A stretch of DNA of 64,000 bases from Alphaproteobacteria bacterium (lineage in GTDB: Bacteria; Pseudomonadota; Alphaproteobacteria; Rhodobacterales; Rhodobacteraceae). Both the position numbers and the translations under genes were made by a program. How positions within the stretch are numbered: position 1 is the first letter of the stretch; the number at the start of each line of letters is the position of its first letter. The notes beneath the pieces are model-generated. The model searched no databases, was not told where the DNA came from, and was given only the letters and a program-made list of their open reading frames with translations. The stretch is taken from contig JAUILL010000019.1 of NCBI GenBank assembly GCA_030433335.1, forward strand, positions 708 through 64,707, in the 5' to 3' direction. Shown piece by piece: positions 1 through 9,558 of the stretch.

Positions 1-236
1 TTGCGCACGGTCGCGCCGCGATTGGGTTCGATGCTGACCAGCCCTTCGCCCTCCAGCTTTCGCAAAGCCTCGCGCAGGGGCATGGTCGAGAACCCCAGCC
101 GCTTGGCCAGTTCGCTGGTTTTTAGGCGCTCGCCGGGGGTCACCCGACCGGCAAGGATGTCTTCTCGGATCAGGTTGGTCACCTGATCCACTGAGTTTAC
201 GGCACTATCGGCTGGCAAAGTTGCTTCATCTTCCAT
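1..236 (-). CDS. GntR/FadR-family transcriptional regulator (N-terminal part; runs off the window start)
   Basis: Not in the ORF track. Manual translation from ATG at 236: MEDEATLPADSAVNSVDQVTNLIREDILAGRVTPGERLKTSELAKRLGFSTMPLREALRKLEGEGLVSIEPNRGATVR, a classic GntR winged HTH. Confidence 0.9.
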   Translation of the reverse strand, partial: MEDEATLPADSAVNSVDQVTNLIREDILAGRVTPGERLKTSELAKRLGFSTMPLREALRKLEGEGLVSIEPNRGATVR

Positions 237-250
237 GCGCAGAATGTTGA

Positions 251-694
251 TCAACCCGCCTTGCGGATCAAGGAGATATGTTCGGCGTCGATCAGGATCG
301 TCCCGTCATTGCGACACAGGCGCACGGCCTCTGTGATAACGCCTGCGGGGCGCGAGCTGCTCTCGCGTTTGGCGGTAAAGTCCATTTCCACATAGACCTC
401 GTCCCCCGCCAGGATCGGCGTTTTGAACCGCACGTCATTCCAACCCAGCGACGCGATCGAGGTATCCTCATAAAGCTTCAGCTCGGTCTTCAGCCCCTCC
501 ATCAACGACAGGCCATAGAGGCCGTGGGCGATGATTCCGGGAAAACCGGCCTTCTTCGCGTAGTTTTCATCCGTGTGCAGGGGGTGGTAATCCCGCGTTA
601 GGCGACAGAAATCTGCAATGTCCTGTGCTGAAATTTTGTGCGTTCCGGTCGTGTGCGTCGTGCCGACCACCACATCTTCGTAAAACAGGTTCAT
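251..694 (-). CDS. MaoC/PaaZ-like (R)-enoyl-CoA hydratase, hot-dog fold
   Basis: FYED start, hydratase motif TRDYHPLHTD, IIAHG, and FKTPILAGD. Confidence 0.85.
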   Translation of the reverse strand: MNLFYEDVVVGTTHTTGTHKISAQDIADFCRLTRDYHPLHTDENYAKKAGFPGIIAHGLYGLSLMEGLKTELKLYEDTSIASLGWNDVRFKTPILAGDEVYVEMDFTAKRESSSRPAGVITEAVRLCRNDGTILIDAEHISLIRKAG

Positions 695-1845
695 GCGTAG
701 GCCTTCTGCACCTGACGCGCGATGATCATGCGCTGGATCTGGTTGGTGCCCTCGTAGATCTGGCTGAGTCGCACATCGCGGAACAGGCGCTCGATGCGGA
801 ACTCGCGGGAATAGCCGTTGCCGCCATGGATTTGCAGCGCGTTCGAGATGTGAACCTGCGCCATATCGGTGGTGAACAGCTTGGCCTGCGCGGCCTCCAT
901 CGCGATGGAATGGCCCGCATCATAAAGCTTGGCCGCATTGTGGATCAGCAGGCGCGCAGCCGAGATATCCTTGGCCATATCGGCGATCATGAACTGGATC
1001 GCTTGGTGTTCGAAGATGGGCTTGCCGAACTGCTTGCGGTCGTTGGCGTAGGTGATGGCGTCTTCCATCGCGGCCTGCGCCATGCCCAACGCCATCGACG
1101 ACATCATCAAACGGGCAAAGTTGAAGTTCCCCATGGCCATCTTGAACGCGCCGCCTTCGGGGCCGATCAGGTTGGTGACGGGCACGCGGACCTCATCAAA
1201 AGTGACCATGCACTCGGCCAAACCGTGCATCCCCAGCAGGTCTTCGGACTTGCCTTTGATCACGCCCGCGCGGTCGGTTTCGACAAGGATACAAGAGATG
1301 CCTTTGTGGCCCGCCTCGGGGTCAGTTTTCGCGAACACCATGATCACGTCGGCAATCTGGCCAAAGGTTACCCACGCTTTGGTGCCCTTGATCACATACT
1401 CGTCGCCGTCGCGGATCGCCGTTGTTTTCATAGCCGCAACGTCCGATCCGGTGTCGGGCTCGGTGACTGCAGTGGCCGGAATGACAGAGCCGTCAAGGAT
1501 GCCCGGGATCCAGCCCTTGGTGGTCTCCGACCCGTGGTGATCCAGGAAAATCGCGGCCTCGACCGGAATGGCGAATGCGTTGCCGACCGCGCCAGAGCCG
1601 CGCGCGATCTCTTCCATCACGATGCAGGCGGCCATTGCATCAAGGCCCACGCCGCCCGCGTCTTCGCTGAGTGCAACGCCGAACAGACCCTGTTCAGCCA
1701 GCGCGTTGTAGATTTCGCGGGGGAATTCATCCTCGCGGTCGATGATGGCGGCCGCAGGGGCGACCACGTTTTCCGAAAGCTTGCGCGCGGTGTCCCGCAC
1801 CATGCGCTGCTCTTCGCTGTAGAACTGATCCAATGTGATCTCCAA
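691..1845 (-). CDS. Acyl-CoA dehydrogenase
   Basis: TEPDTGSD, GTKAWVT, RKQFGKPI, QIHGGNGY and IYEGTNQIQ (catalytic Glu) motifs; TTG start; 4-nt overlap with the downstream maoC. Confidence 0.95.
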   Translation of the reverse strand: MEITLDQFYSEEQRMVRDTARKLSENVVAPAAAIIDREDEFPREIYNALAEQGLFGVALSEDAGGVGLDAMAACIVMEEIARGSGAVGNAFAIPVEAAIFLDHHGSETTKGWIPGILDGSVIPATAVTEPDTGSDVAAMKTTAIRDGDEYVIKGTKAWVTFGQIADVIMVFAKTDPEAGHKGISCILVETDRAGVIKGKSEDLLGMHGLAECMVTFDEVRVPVTNLIGPEGGAFKMAMGNFNFARLMMSSMALGMAQAAMEDAITYANDRKQFGKPIFEHQAIQFMIADMAKDISAARLLIHNAAKLYDAGHSIAMEAAQAKLFTTDMAQVHISNALQIHGGNGYSREFRIERLFRDVRLSQIYEGTNQIQRMIIARQVQKAYA

Positions 1846-1898
1846 ATTCCGAAAACTGATACGATCTGATCAAGAGCTAACTCTGCGACTCGCTTCGG

Positions 1899-2264
1899 TC
1901 AAGCCGAGGCAATGCCCGCGTGAAAGGCATCCGAGGGCTCTCTGTCGCAAAAATAGACGATCACGTGCTTCGGATCGGCCGAATAGGCCTGTACAGTTGC
2001 CGCTGTGATTGCACGAGCGGCCTCTTCTTTCGCCTTCTGGGGTCTCGGAAAGGCGTGAACCTTTATGAAAATGCGGTAAATTTCAGCACGTTTGCCAAAT
2101 TTTCCAGCATGCCCGTAGGAATTTTCAGGGGCCGAAAAATAATAGCAGGTCACGATATCGGCGCTGATCCCATAGGCATCACAGAGCCCTTTGGTCATGG
2201 ATTCCGTCGCAACCTCCCGTATTTCTTGGGAACAGTCGTTGTCGATGATTTCGATGAAAGGCAT
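1899..2264 (-). CDS. Tautomerase-superfamily protein (double beta-alpha-beta)
   Basis: Begins M-P-F-I-E, giving catalytic Pro1 after Met removal; 121 aa with two 4-OT-like units; SD ACAGGAG upstream. Confidence 0.7.
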   Translation of the reverse strand: MPFIEIIDNDCSQEIREVATESMTKGLCDAYGISADIVTCYYFSAPENSYGHAGKFGKRAEIYRIFIKVHAFPRPQKAKEEAARAITAATVQAYSADPKHVIVYFCDREPSDAFHAGIASA

Positions 2265-2317
2265 GCGGGGTCTCCTGTTGGTTGTGCATGTGCCGCATTA
2301 GATACGAATAACGGGCG

Positions 2318-2338
2318 TTGACTTATTATCTGATCAGA
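2318..2338 (+). promoter_or_regulatory. Putative -35 (TTGACT) followed by palindrome TCTGATCAGA, candidate GntR operator
   Basis: TTGACT at 2318-2323 and a perfect 10-bp palindrome at 2329-2338 in the divergent intergenic region; near-copy ATCTGATCAAG at 1864-1874 upstream of the ACAD gene. Confidence 0.45.
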
Positions 2339-2401
2339 AGAAGGCTGAGTGCAACAGATTTGCGAACAGGTTCGGATCGGGCCGCGGAAGGAAAGACCAA
2401 G

Positions 2402-3274
2402 ATGACGTTCAAGGGCAGCTATACAGTGTGCGTGACCCCCTTCACCGCCGAGGGTGCAGTCGATCTGGAGGCGCTGAAGTCCTATGTCGATTGGCAGATC
2501 GAAGAGGGTGTGCACGGCCTGATCCCCCTTGGCAGCACCGGCGAATTCCTGTCCCTGACCCGCGATGAACGCACCGCTGTCGCCGAAACCGTGATCCGTC
2601 AGGCCGATGGCCGCGTGCCCGTCCTGATCGGCACCGCCGCTGAATGGACAGACGAAGCAGTGTCCTTGAGCAAAGAAGCAGAGACCCTTGGCGCGGACGG
2701 GGTGATGCTGGTGCCACCCTATTACTCGTCGCCCACCGACGCGGAATTGGTGGCCCACTTCACCCGCGTGGCCGAGGAGATTTCGATCCCCGTGATGCTG
2801 TACAACAACCCGTTCACCGCGAACGTGGACCTGTCGGCGGATCTGGTCGGGCGCCTGTCCGAAGTGGACAATATCTCTTACATCAAGGACACGTCGAAAA
2901 ACGTGCACCGCGTCACCGAACTACTCGAGGCGTGCCAGGGCCGGATGACTGTTTTCGCGGGCTACTACCCGTGGGAAAGCTATCTGGCGGGCGCCGAGGG
3001 CTACAGTTCGGTCATGTCCAACATCGCGCCGAAACTGTCGGCCGAGATGTTCGACAAGACCGTCGATGGCTCGGGGCAGGGGCGTGACCTCTATGTCCAG
3101 AGCCTGCCGCTGATCAACGCGCTGGCCGGTGACCTGTATGTGTCGGCCACCAAGGCCGCGATGAAAATGATCGGTCGCTCGATGGGCGATCCCCGCCCGC
3201 CGCGTCTGCCTTTGCCCGAGGCAAAGCGCGCGGAGCTTGAAGGAATTCTACGAACACTCGGGTTCATCGCCTGA
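2402..3274 (+). CDS. DHDPS/NAL-family class I aldolase (canonical motifs)
   Basis: GSTGEF, LYNNP and YIKDTS (Schiff-base Lys); start moved to ATG 2402 after GGAAGGAAAG. Confidence 0.9.
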   Translation: MTFKGSYTVCVTPFTAEGAVDLEALKSYVDWQIEEGVHGLIPLGSTGEFLSLTRDERTAVAETVIRQADGRVPVLIGTAAEWTDEAVSLSKEAETLGADGVMLVPPYYSSPTDAELVAHFTRVAEEISIPVMLYNNPFTANVDLSADLVGRLSEVDNISYIKDTSKNVHRVTELLEACQGRMTVFAGYYPWESYLAGAEGYSSVMSNIAPKLSAEMFDKTVDGSGQGRDLYVQSLPLINALAGDLYVSATKAAMKMIGRSMGDPRPPRLPLPEAKRAELEGILRTLGFIA

Positions 3275-3344
3275 GCGAAAGGCGCCACGCGCCACAACAA
3301 CAAAGACCCCCTCCCCAACAGTGAGTTTAACAAGGAAACGCATG

Positions 3345-4322
3345 ATGAAACTGACCAACATTGCACTTTGCGCCGCCATGGCGATCACCGCTGTCGCCGC
3401 ACCTGCCTTTGCTCAGGACATCACCCTGAAAGCCAGCCATAACGCCAACGCAGACGAGCCCTATGGCGTCGGCCTGCGCAAAATGGCCGAAGTTCTGGAA
3501 GCCAAGACCGACGGCGCGGCCACCATCAACGTGTTCGACAACGCGACCCTCGGCGACGAGATGGAGAGCATTCAGGGCACTCAGATGGGCACCGTGGACA
3601 TCGCGGTAACCGCAAACTCGACCCTGTCGAACTTTGTCCCTGATCTGTCTGTCTTCTCGCTGCCCTTCATGTTCGAAAACGCCGAGCAAATGGACCGCGC
3701 CCTCAGCGATCCTGCCGTTCGCGACGCCATTCAGGCAGAGCTTGAAAAGCAGGGCTTCCACCTGCTGGCCGTCTTCTCGGCAGGCACCCGTCACATCATG
3801 ACCAAGAAGCCGATTGAGTCGCTGGCCGACATGGAAGGCCTGAAGATCCGCACCATGCAGAACCCTGCGCACGTAGATACCTTCAACGCATTCGGCGCGA
3901 ACGCGACCCCGATTGCCTACACCGAACTTTACGGCGCGCTGGAAACCGGCGTTGTTGATGGCGCAGAGGCAGCGAACACCAACTTCTTCTCGCAGAAGTT
4001 CTACGAAGTGGCACCCGACTGGGCCGTTGTTGGTTGGCTGGAGCTGGTCGCGCCCGTGATCATGGGCAAAGCGGCCTATGACGCTCTGCCCGAAGACGTT
4101 CAGGCGGCATTGGACGAAGCGGGCCTCGAAGCCGGCAAGTTCGAGCGTGCCACCTATCTGGCCAGCGACAACGCACGCTTTGCAGATCTGGAAGAGGTCG
4201 GCGTGAAAATGACCCGTCCTGACACCACCGAGTTCCGCGAAGCCGCAGCCCCCGTCCAGCAGAAATATCTGGAAACCGAAGGCCAGAAGAAAATCTTCGA
4301 ACTTCTGAAATCGGTCGAGTAA
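3345..4322 (+). CDS. dctP: TRAP transporter substrate-binding protein (DctP family)
   Basis: Signal peptide ending PAFA, GLKIRTM (carboxylate-binding Arg), ELYGALETGVVDGAE. Confidence 0.93.
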   Translation: MKLTNIALCAAMAITAVAAPAFAQDITLKASHNANADEPYGVGLRKMAEVLEAKTDGAATINVFDNATLGDEMESIQGTQMGTVDIAVTANSTLSNFVPDLSVFSLPFMFENAEQMDRALSDPAVRDAIQAELEKQGFHLLAVFSAGTRHIMTKKPIESLADMEGLKIRTMQNPAHVDTFNAFGANATPIAYTELYGALETGVVDGAEAANTNFFSQKFYEVAPDWAVVGWLELVAPVIMGKAAYDALPEDVQAALDEAGLEAGKFERATYLASDNARFADLEEVGVKMTRPDTTEFREAAAPVQQKYLETEGQKKIFELLKSVE

Positions 4323-4344
4323 CCCTTCTTACTTGACCCAACTT

Positions 4345-4380
4345 CCCCGGCCGTGTCGCTTCCTGTGCGGCCGGGGCTTT
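4345..4380 (+). terminator. Stem-loop after dctP (terminator or mRNA stabiliser)
   Basis: CCCCGGCCG...CGGCCGGGG followed by CTTT. Confidence 0.55.
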
Positions 4381-4400
4381 AAGATCGGAAAGTTTCGCCC

Positions 4401-4919
4401 ATGTTCGCCCTTCTCGAGCGCCTTTGTCTGTTTTTGCGCGCAATCGCCTCTGCTGCGGTGGTTATCTTGTTCACCGTGATGATGGTGGCGGTTCTGGTGC
4501 AGATCGGTGGGCGATACGTCTTCAACTACTCCATCGCAGCCGCGTCAGAGATCGCGACCTTCAGTCAGATTTGGCTGGTGCTTCTGGGCTCCGGTGTGGC
4601 TTTGGCCCGCGGCCAGCACGTGGCGATCGACATGCTGCCTGCCAAGCTGCCACTGCCCTACGCCCGCGCCGCGCTGGGTCTGATCGCGGTGGTCGTCGCA
4701 AGTTTCCTCTGGGTTCTAGCCTATGGCACACAGCCCCTGATCAAGATGGGCGCGTTCCAGCTGTCGCCCGCCCTGCGCGTCCCGATGAAGTATATCTACC
4801 TCTGCCTGCCCATCGGCGCCGGATACATGACGCTCGAGCTGCTGCTCGCCGTGATCCAGCGCTGGGACAATCCGTTCCCCCCGCCCGAAGCTGACCCAGA
4901 CCCCGAGGAGGCCATCTGA
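4401..4919 (+). CDS. dctQ: TRAP small permease DctQ
   Basis: Four hydrophobic segments, GRYVFN, HVAIDML. Confidence 0.9.
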   Translation: MFALLERLCLFLRAIASAAVVILFTVMMVAVLVQIGGRYVFNYSIAAASEIATFSQIWLVLLGSGVALARGQHVAIDMLPAKLPLPYARAALGLIAVVVASFLWVLAYGTQPLIKMGAFQLSPALRVPMKYIYLCLPIGAGYMTLELLLAVIQRWDNPFPPPEADPDPEEAI

Positions 4920-6205
4920 TGCTGGTTATCGCACTCGCCTTCCTGTTTCTTCTCGCTCTCGGCGTCCCTGTTGTCTTTGTTCTTGGGGCCTCGGCGGTGC
5001 TGGCGCTGGTCACCACGACCGACGTGCCCGTCGCCATCGTCAGTCAGCGCGTCTTTGCCGGACTGAACTCGTTTACCCTGATGGCGATCCCGTTCTTTGT
5101 GTTCGCTGGCGTGATCATGGACGCAGGCGGCATCTCTCGCCGGATCGTCCAGTTCGCCTCGGCTTTGATCGGCTGGGTCGTCGGCAGCCTTTACCAAGTG
5201 AGCTGCGTTGCGGCGGCTGGTCTGGCGGCGATCTCGGGCTCCGGCTCGGCGGACACTGCAGCGATCTCGGCGATCATGCAGCCTCAGCTGCGCCGTAAAG
5301 GCTATGACGTCGACTATGGCGCGGCCCTGATTGCCTGCGCAGGCTCTATCGCGCAGGTCATCCCCCCAAGCCTGACCATGGTTATCCTTGCGGTCGTGTC
5401 CAACGTGTCCATCGGCGCGCTTTTCATCTCGGGCATCCTGCCGGGCGTGATGTGCATCCTGATGCTGATGGTCATCTCCTACTTCAAGGCCAAGAACGGT
5501 GGCGACGCCTACCGCGATAGCGAACCCTTCACCCTGCCGCGCCTCGGCCGCGCCGCATGGTCCGCGCTGCCCGCCGCCGGCATGCCCTTCCTGATCCTTG
5601 GCGGCATCCTTGGCGGGGTCTTCACCCCGACCGAAGCAGCGGCTGTCTCTGGCTTCTATGGCCTGCTGGTTGGCGCGTTTGTTTACCGTGATCTGAAGCT
5701 CTCGGCGCTGCCCGGTCTGATCCTGAAGACCGCGTCCCTGTCCGCCGCCGTCATGCTGATCATCGGCACCGCGAGCGTCTTCTCTTGGCTGATTGCGAAC
5801 GCGAACGTCCCGCAAATCCTAGGCGAATGGATCAAGAGCGTCTCGTCCAGCCAAGTCGTGTTCCTGATCATCGCGAACCTGTTGTTCCTGTTCGTCGGCA
5901 TGTTCCTCGAAACCATTGCGGCGATCCTGATCATGGTGCCCGTACTGGCCCCGATCGCTGTGACCATGGGGGTCGACCCGCTACACTTCTCGCTGCTCGT
6001 CATCCTGAACTGCGCGATTGGCACCGTGACTCCGCCCTATGGCGTGTCCCTGTTCGTGGCTTCGTCCGTCGCCGGACGGTCCGTGATGCAGGTCTCCCGC
6101 CGCCTTGCGTGGCCGCTCGCGGGCCTGTTCGTCATGCTGATCGCCGTGACCTTTATTCCCGAACTCACCCTGTTCATGCCCCGCATGTTCGGCCTGATTG
6201 ATTAA
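4919..6205 (+). CDS. dctM: TRAP large permease DctM
   Basis: MAIPFF, SGSGSAD, IPPS, FTPTEA and TPPYG motifs; about 12 TM segments. Confidence 0.95.
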   Translation: MLVIALAFLFLLALGVPVVFVLGASAVLALVTTTDVPVAIVSQRVFAGLNSFTLMAIPFFVFAGVIMDAGGISRRIVQFASALIGWVVGSLYQVSCVAAAGLAAISGSGSADTAAISAIMQPQLRRKGYDVDYGAALIACAGSIAQVIPPSLTMVILAVVSNVSIGALFISGILPGVMCILMLMVISYFKAKNGGDAYRDSEPFTLPRLGRAAWSALPAAGMPFLILGGILGGVFTPTEAAAVSGFYGLLVGAFVYRDLKLSALPGLILKTASLSAAVMLIIGTASVFSWLIANANVPQILGEWIKSVSSSQVVFLIIANLLFLFVGMFLETIAAILIMVPVLAPIAVTMGVDPLHFSLLVILNCAIGTVTPPYGVSLFVASSVAGRSVMQVSRRLAWPLAGLFVMLIAVTFIPELTLFMPRMFGLID

Positions 6206-6223
6206 CCAGAAAGACCACCACTC

Positions 6224-6634
6224 ATGACCAAACTCAAAGTCACCATCGCGGGCATCGAATTCGACGCTAAGTTCGAAGAGGCCGCCCCCAAAACCGTCGC
6301 CGCCTTCCGCGCGCAACTCCCCTACAAAAGCCAGGTCGTCCACGTGCGTTGGTCGGGCGAGGGCGTTTGGATCCCCCTTGGCGACACAGATTTCGGCGTC
6401 GATTATGAGAACCACACCACCTATCCCGCGCCCGGTCAGTTCGTCCTGTACCCCGGTGGCATTTCGGAAACCGAGATCCTGCTGGCCTATGGCGGCGTGA
6501 ACTTCGCCTCTAAAATGGGGCAACTGGCGGGCAACCACTTCATCACCCTGACGTCGAACCTCGACAAGCTGAAGGAGATCGGGCCCAAGGTTCTGTGGGA
6601 AGGCGCGCAGGACATCCTGTTCGAAGAAGTTTAA
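6224..6634 (+). CDS. DUF3830-family protein (cyclophilin-like fold)
   Basis: APKTVAAF, HVRWSGEGVWIPLGD, ENHTTYPAPG, YPGGISETEILLAYG and GQLAGNHF match my recollection of the family. Confidence 0.8.
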   Translation: MTKLKVTIAGIEFDAKFEEAAPKTVAAFRAQLPYKSQVVHVRWSGEGVWIPLGDTDFGVDYENHTTYPAPGQFVLYPGGISETEILLAYGGVNFASKMGQLAGNHFITLTSNLDKLKEIGPKVLWEGAQDILFEEV

Positions 6635-6652
6635 GCGACAGAAAGGCACGCC

Positions 6653-8152
6653 ATGACCGCATCCCCCATCAGCTTTGGCGCCCGTCTGCGCCAGTTGGCC
6701 GCCGAGCGCGGCGATCAGACCGCCTTGGTGTTCCTGCCGGGCGTGGGGGAGGCGCAGACCTATTCGTGGCGTGACCTGAACGCGATGGCCGACCGCTTTG
6801 CCCGTGCGCTGATGGCGCGCGGCGTGGGGCAGGGGGATGTGGTGGGTTTTGCCCTAGGCAACGTGCCCGCCCACATCACGCTGGCCATTGCGGTCTGGCG
6901 CGTCGGCGCGACGACGATGGTGCTGGACCCCGGCATCAAACCCGAAACCGCCGCCGCCATGAAAGAGCGCAGCGGCGCGGCTTTGGTCGTGTCCCAGCGC
7001 ACGGGCGTCGGCGACATGACCCAGTGCGACTTCGAAGCATTGGTGAACAGCCTGCCAGAGAGCGAGGTCGCGGACCGCGTCTCGACCCCCGGTAAGATCG
7101 TTTTGTCCGGTGGCTCGACCGGCCTGCCGAAGATGATGTGCGACGAACGCCCATTCACCCGCGTGCCGGGGGCAAGTTGGGGCCGTGTAGCTCCGCGCTT
7201 GGGGTTCCGGTGCGTTCAGGTGCAACTGGTCTGCGGGGCGATGTCTCACAACGCGCCTTTCACTTGGGCGCAGAACGGCCTCTTCGAAGGCAACACGCTG
7301 GTCCTGATGGAGCGGTTCGACGCTGTCCGCGCCCTGCAAGTCATTGACGAATATCAGGTCGGCTTTGCGATGGTGGTGCCGACCATGATGGTGCGGATGT
7401 ACGATCGGCTGGCCGAAAGCGGCGCGTCGCTGAGCAGCCTTCACGCCATGTACCACACCGGCGCGCCCTGCGCCGCGTGGCTGAAAGAGGCGTGGATCAA
7501 CGTCCTCGGCCCCGAGCGGGTGACCGAGATGTATGGCTCTGGCGAGAACACCGGCCAGACTACGATCACCGGCGCCGAGTGGCTGGTCCATCGCGGGTCG
7601 GTTGGGCGCGGGTTTGAGACGGACATCCGGATCTATGGCCCCGATGGCACCCTGCTGCCAGCTGGCGAGGCCGGAGAGATTTTCATGCGTCCCGATGACC
7701 TTGGCGGGCGCAGCCACTACGCGGGCCCGAACGCGCCGCAGCCCGAGCGGGACGCGGATGGATACCAGAGCATCGGCGATGTCGGTTGGCAGGACGAAGA
7801 GGGCTACCTCTACCTCGGCGGTCGGCGTGATGACGTGATCAACACGGGCGGCGTCAAGGTGCACCCTGAAACTATCGAAGCCGTGCTGCTCCAGTTCCCC
7901 GAGGTCGCCGATGCGGTCGTTTTCGGGGCAGCTGACCGCGAGTGGGGGCAGCGCATCGTGGCCTGTCTGGAGCCCAAAGCAGGTGCAGAAATCGACCATG
8001 CTGCATTGCGGAAATTCTGCGCAGAAAAGCTGAGCCCCCAAGAGGTGCCCAAGGACATTTCCGTGCTGGACGCGCTGCCCCGCGACGGGTTCGGCAAGAT
8101 CCGCCGCAAGGCCTGCGCCGCGGAATGGGCAGAGATAAAGGCTGACGCCTAA
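6653..8152 (+). CDS. AMP-forming acyl-CoA ligase (BaiB-like)
   Basis: P-loop LSGGSTGLPK, EMYGSGE, SIGDVG, GRRDDVINTGG, and C-terminal GKIRR. Confidence 0.9.
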   Translation: MTASPISFGARLRQLAAERGDQTALVFLPGVGEAQTYSWRDLNAMADRFARALMARGVGQGDVVGFALGNVPAHITLAIAVWRVGATTMVLDPGIKPETAAAMKERSGAALVVSQRTGVGDMTQCDFEALVNSLPESEVADRVSTPGKIVLSGGSTGLPKMMCDERPFTRVPGASWGRVAPRLGFRCVQVQLVCGAMSHNAPFTWAQNGLFEGNTLVLMERFDAVRALQVIDEYQVGFAMVVPTMMVRMYDRLAESGASLSSLHAMYHTGAPCAAWLKEAWINVLGPERVTEMYGSGENTGQTTITGAEWLVHRGSVGRGFETDIRIYGPDGTLLPAGEAGEIFMRPDDLGGRSHYAGPNAPQPERDADGYQSIGDVGWQDEEGYLYLGGRRDDVINTGGVKVHPETIEAVLLQFPEVADAVVFGAADREWGQRIVACLEPKAGAEIDHAALRKFCAEKLSPQEVPKDISVLDALPRDGFGKIRRKACAAEWAEIKADA

Positions 8153-8327
8153 GGCGCCAATCCACACTCCGAGAAACCCGCCGAAGATATTGAAGTAAAA
8201 CGACAACCTCCTTCGGCTTCAACTATTATAAAATCAAATATCAGGCACATGAATGATTATCGCAGGCTATATTAACAGCCGCTTTTGATTGCTCTAGCCT
8301 GATCTCAGACAACACAAAGGGATCATC

Positions 8328-9530
8328 ATGGGCGCACTCGACGGAATCCGGGTACTCAGCTTTAACCACTTCCTGTCCGGCCCTGCTGCGGCGCAGCATT
8401 TGGGCGATATCGGCGCGGATGTGATCACCATCGAGCCCCTGACCGGCGCGTTCCAGCGCAACTGGGCTGTGGCCAACCGGTTCGTGGACGACACTTCGGT
8501 CAACCACATCACCACGGGGCGGAACAAACGCTCGATCGCGGTCGATCTGAAGTCGCCGGAAGGCATCGCTGCGGTCAAGAAACTGATCGAAACCGCTGAT
8601 GTGGTGATGGAGAATTTCCGCCCCGGCACCTTGGACAAACTCGGCCTGTCCGAGGCCGAGATGCGCGCCGTGAACCCGCGTATCATCATCGCGACGACCA
8701 CCGGATATGGCGTCGACGGTCCCTATGCCAAGCGCCCCGGTCAGGACGTTCTGCTGCAGGCCATGTGCGGTCTGGCGGCGCACACCGGCAGCATGGAGAG
8801 CGGGCCTGTTGCTGTGGGATCTGTCCCGATTGACCACCACGCCGCAGCGCTGACCGTCGCGGGTATCATCGCGGCGCTCTTTGAACGTGAGCGCACCGGC
8901 GTCGCCCGTCGTGTGGACGTGAACATGTTGCAGGCCGCCATGGACTTGCAGGGTGAATCGATCACCGCATGGATGAACGGCGCGGACAAGGCTGGCCCTC
9001 GTGGTCAGGACGGCATGGCCAACTGGTTCAGCCCCGCGCCCTACGGCATTTACGCGACCAAGGACGGGCATGTGATGATTTCGATGTCCACGCCGCCGCA
9101 GCTGTCGGGTGCTTTGAATCTGCCGCAATTGGCAGAGCTGTCAGCAGACGAAGGGTTCAGCAAGCGCGGTGAAATCTCGCGTTTGGTCGCGACGGGTATG
9201 GCCACGCTGACCACCGACGAGGCCGTCGAAAAGCTAACCGAAGCCGGCGTCTGGCACGAGGTTGTCCGGGACTATGACGGGTTGCTCGAAAACCCTCAGG
9301 TCGAGCACCTGCAGGCGTTCACGGATACCACGGGCTCTCAGGGCTCGACCTTCAAAATGCTGTCCCACCCCGTCCGCTACGACGGCGAGGTGCCCCCCAT
9401 CCGCACGATGCCCCCCGCCTTGGGCGAGCAGAGCCGCGAGGTTCTGGCCGAGGCCGGCTTTGACGCCGCCGAGATCGACCGCCTGATCGAAGCTGGCGTC
9501 GTCGTGCAAACCAACAAGATGCGCAGCTAA
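8328..9530 (+). CDS. CaiB/BaiF class III CoA transferase
   Basis: LDGIRVL, GPAAAQHLGDIGADVI, RNKRSIAVDLK, ENFRPG. Confidence 0.93.
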   Translation: MGALDGIRVLSFNHFLSGPAAAQHLGDIGADVITIEPLTGAFQRNWAVANRFVDDTSVNHITTGRNKRSIAVDLKSPEGIAAVKKLIETADVVMENFRPGTLDKLGLSEAEMRAVNPRIIIATTTGYGVDGPYAKRPGQDVLLQAMCGLAAHTGSMESGPVAVGSVPIDHHAAALTVAGIIAALFERERTGVARRVDVNMLQAAMDLQGESITAWMNGADKAGPRGQDGMANWFSPAPYGIYATKDGHVMISMSTPPQLSGALNLPQLAELSADEGFSKRGEISRLVATGMATLTTDEAVEKLTEAGVWHEVVRDYDGLLENPQVEHLQAFTDTTGSQGSTFKMLSHPVRYDGEVPPIRTMPPALGEQSREVLAEAGFDAAEIDRLIEAGVVVQTNKMRS

Positions 9531-9558
9531 GCCTGCGCCCCGAGACTTGGAGTAAGTT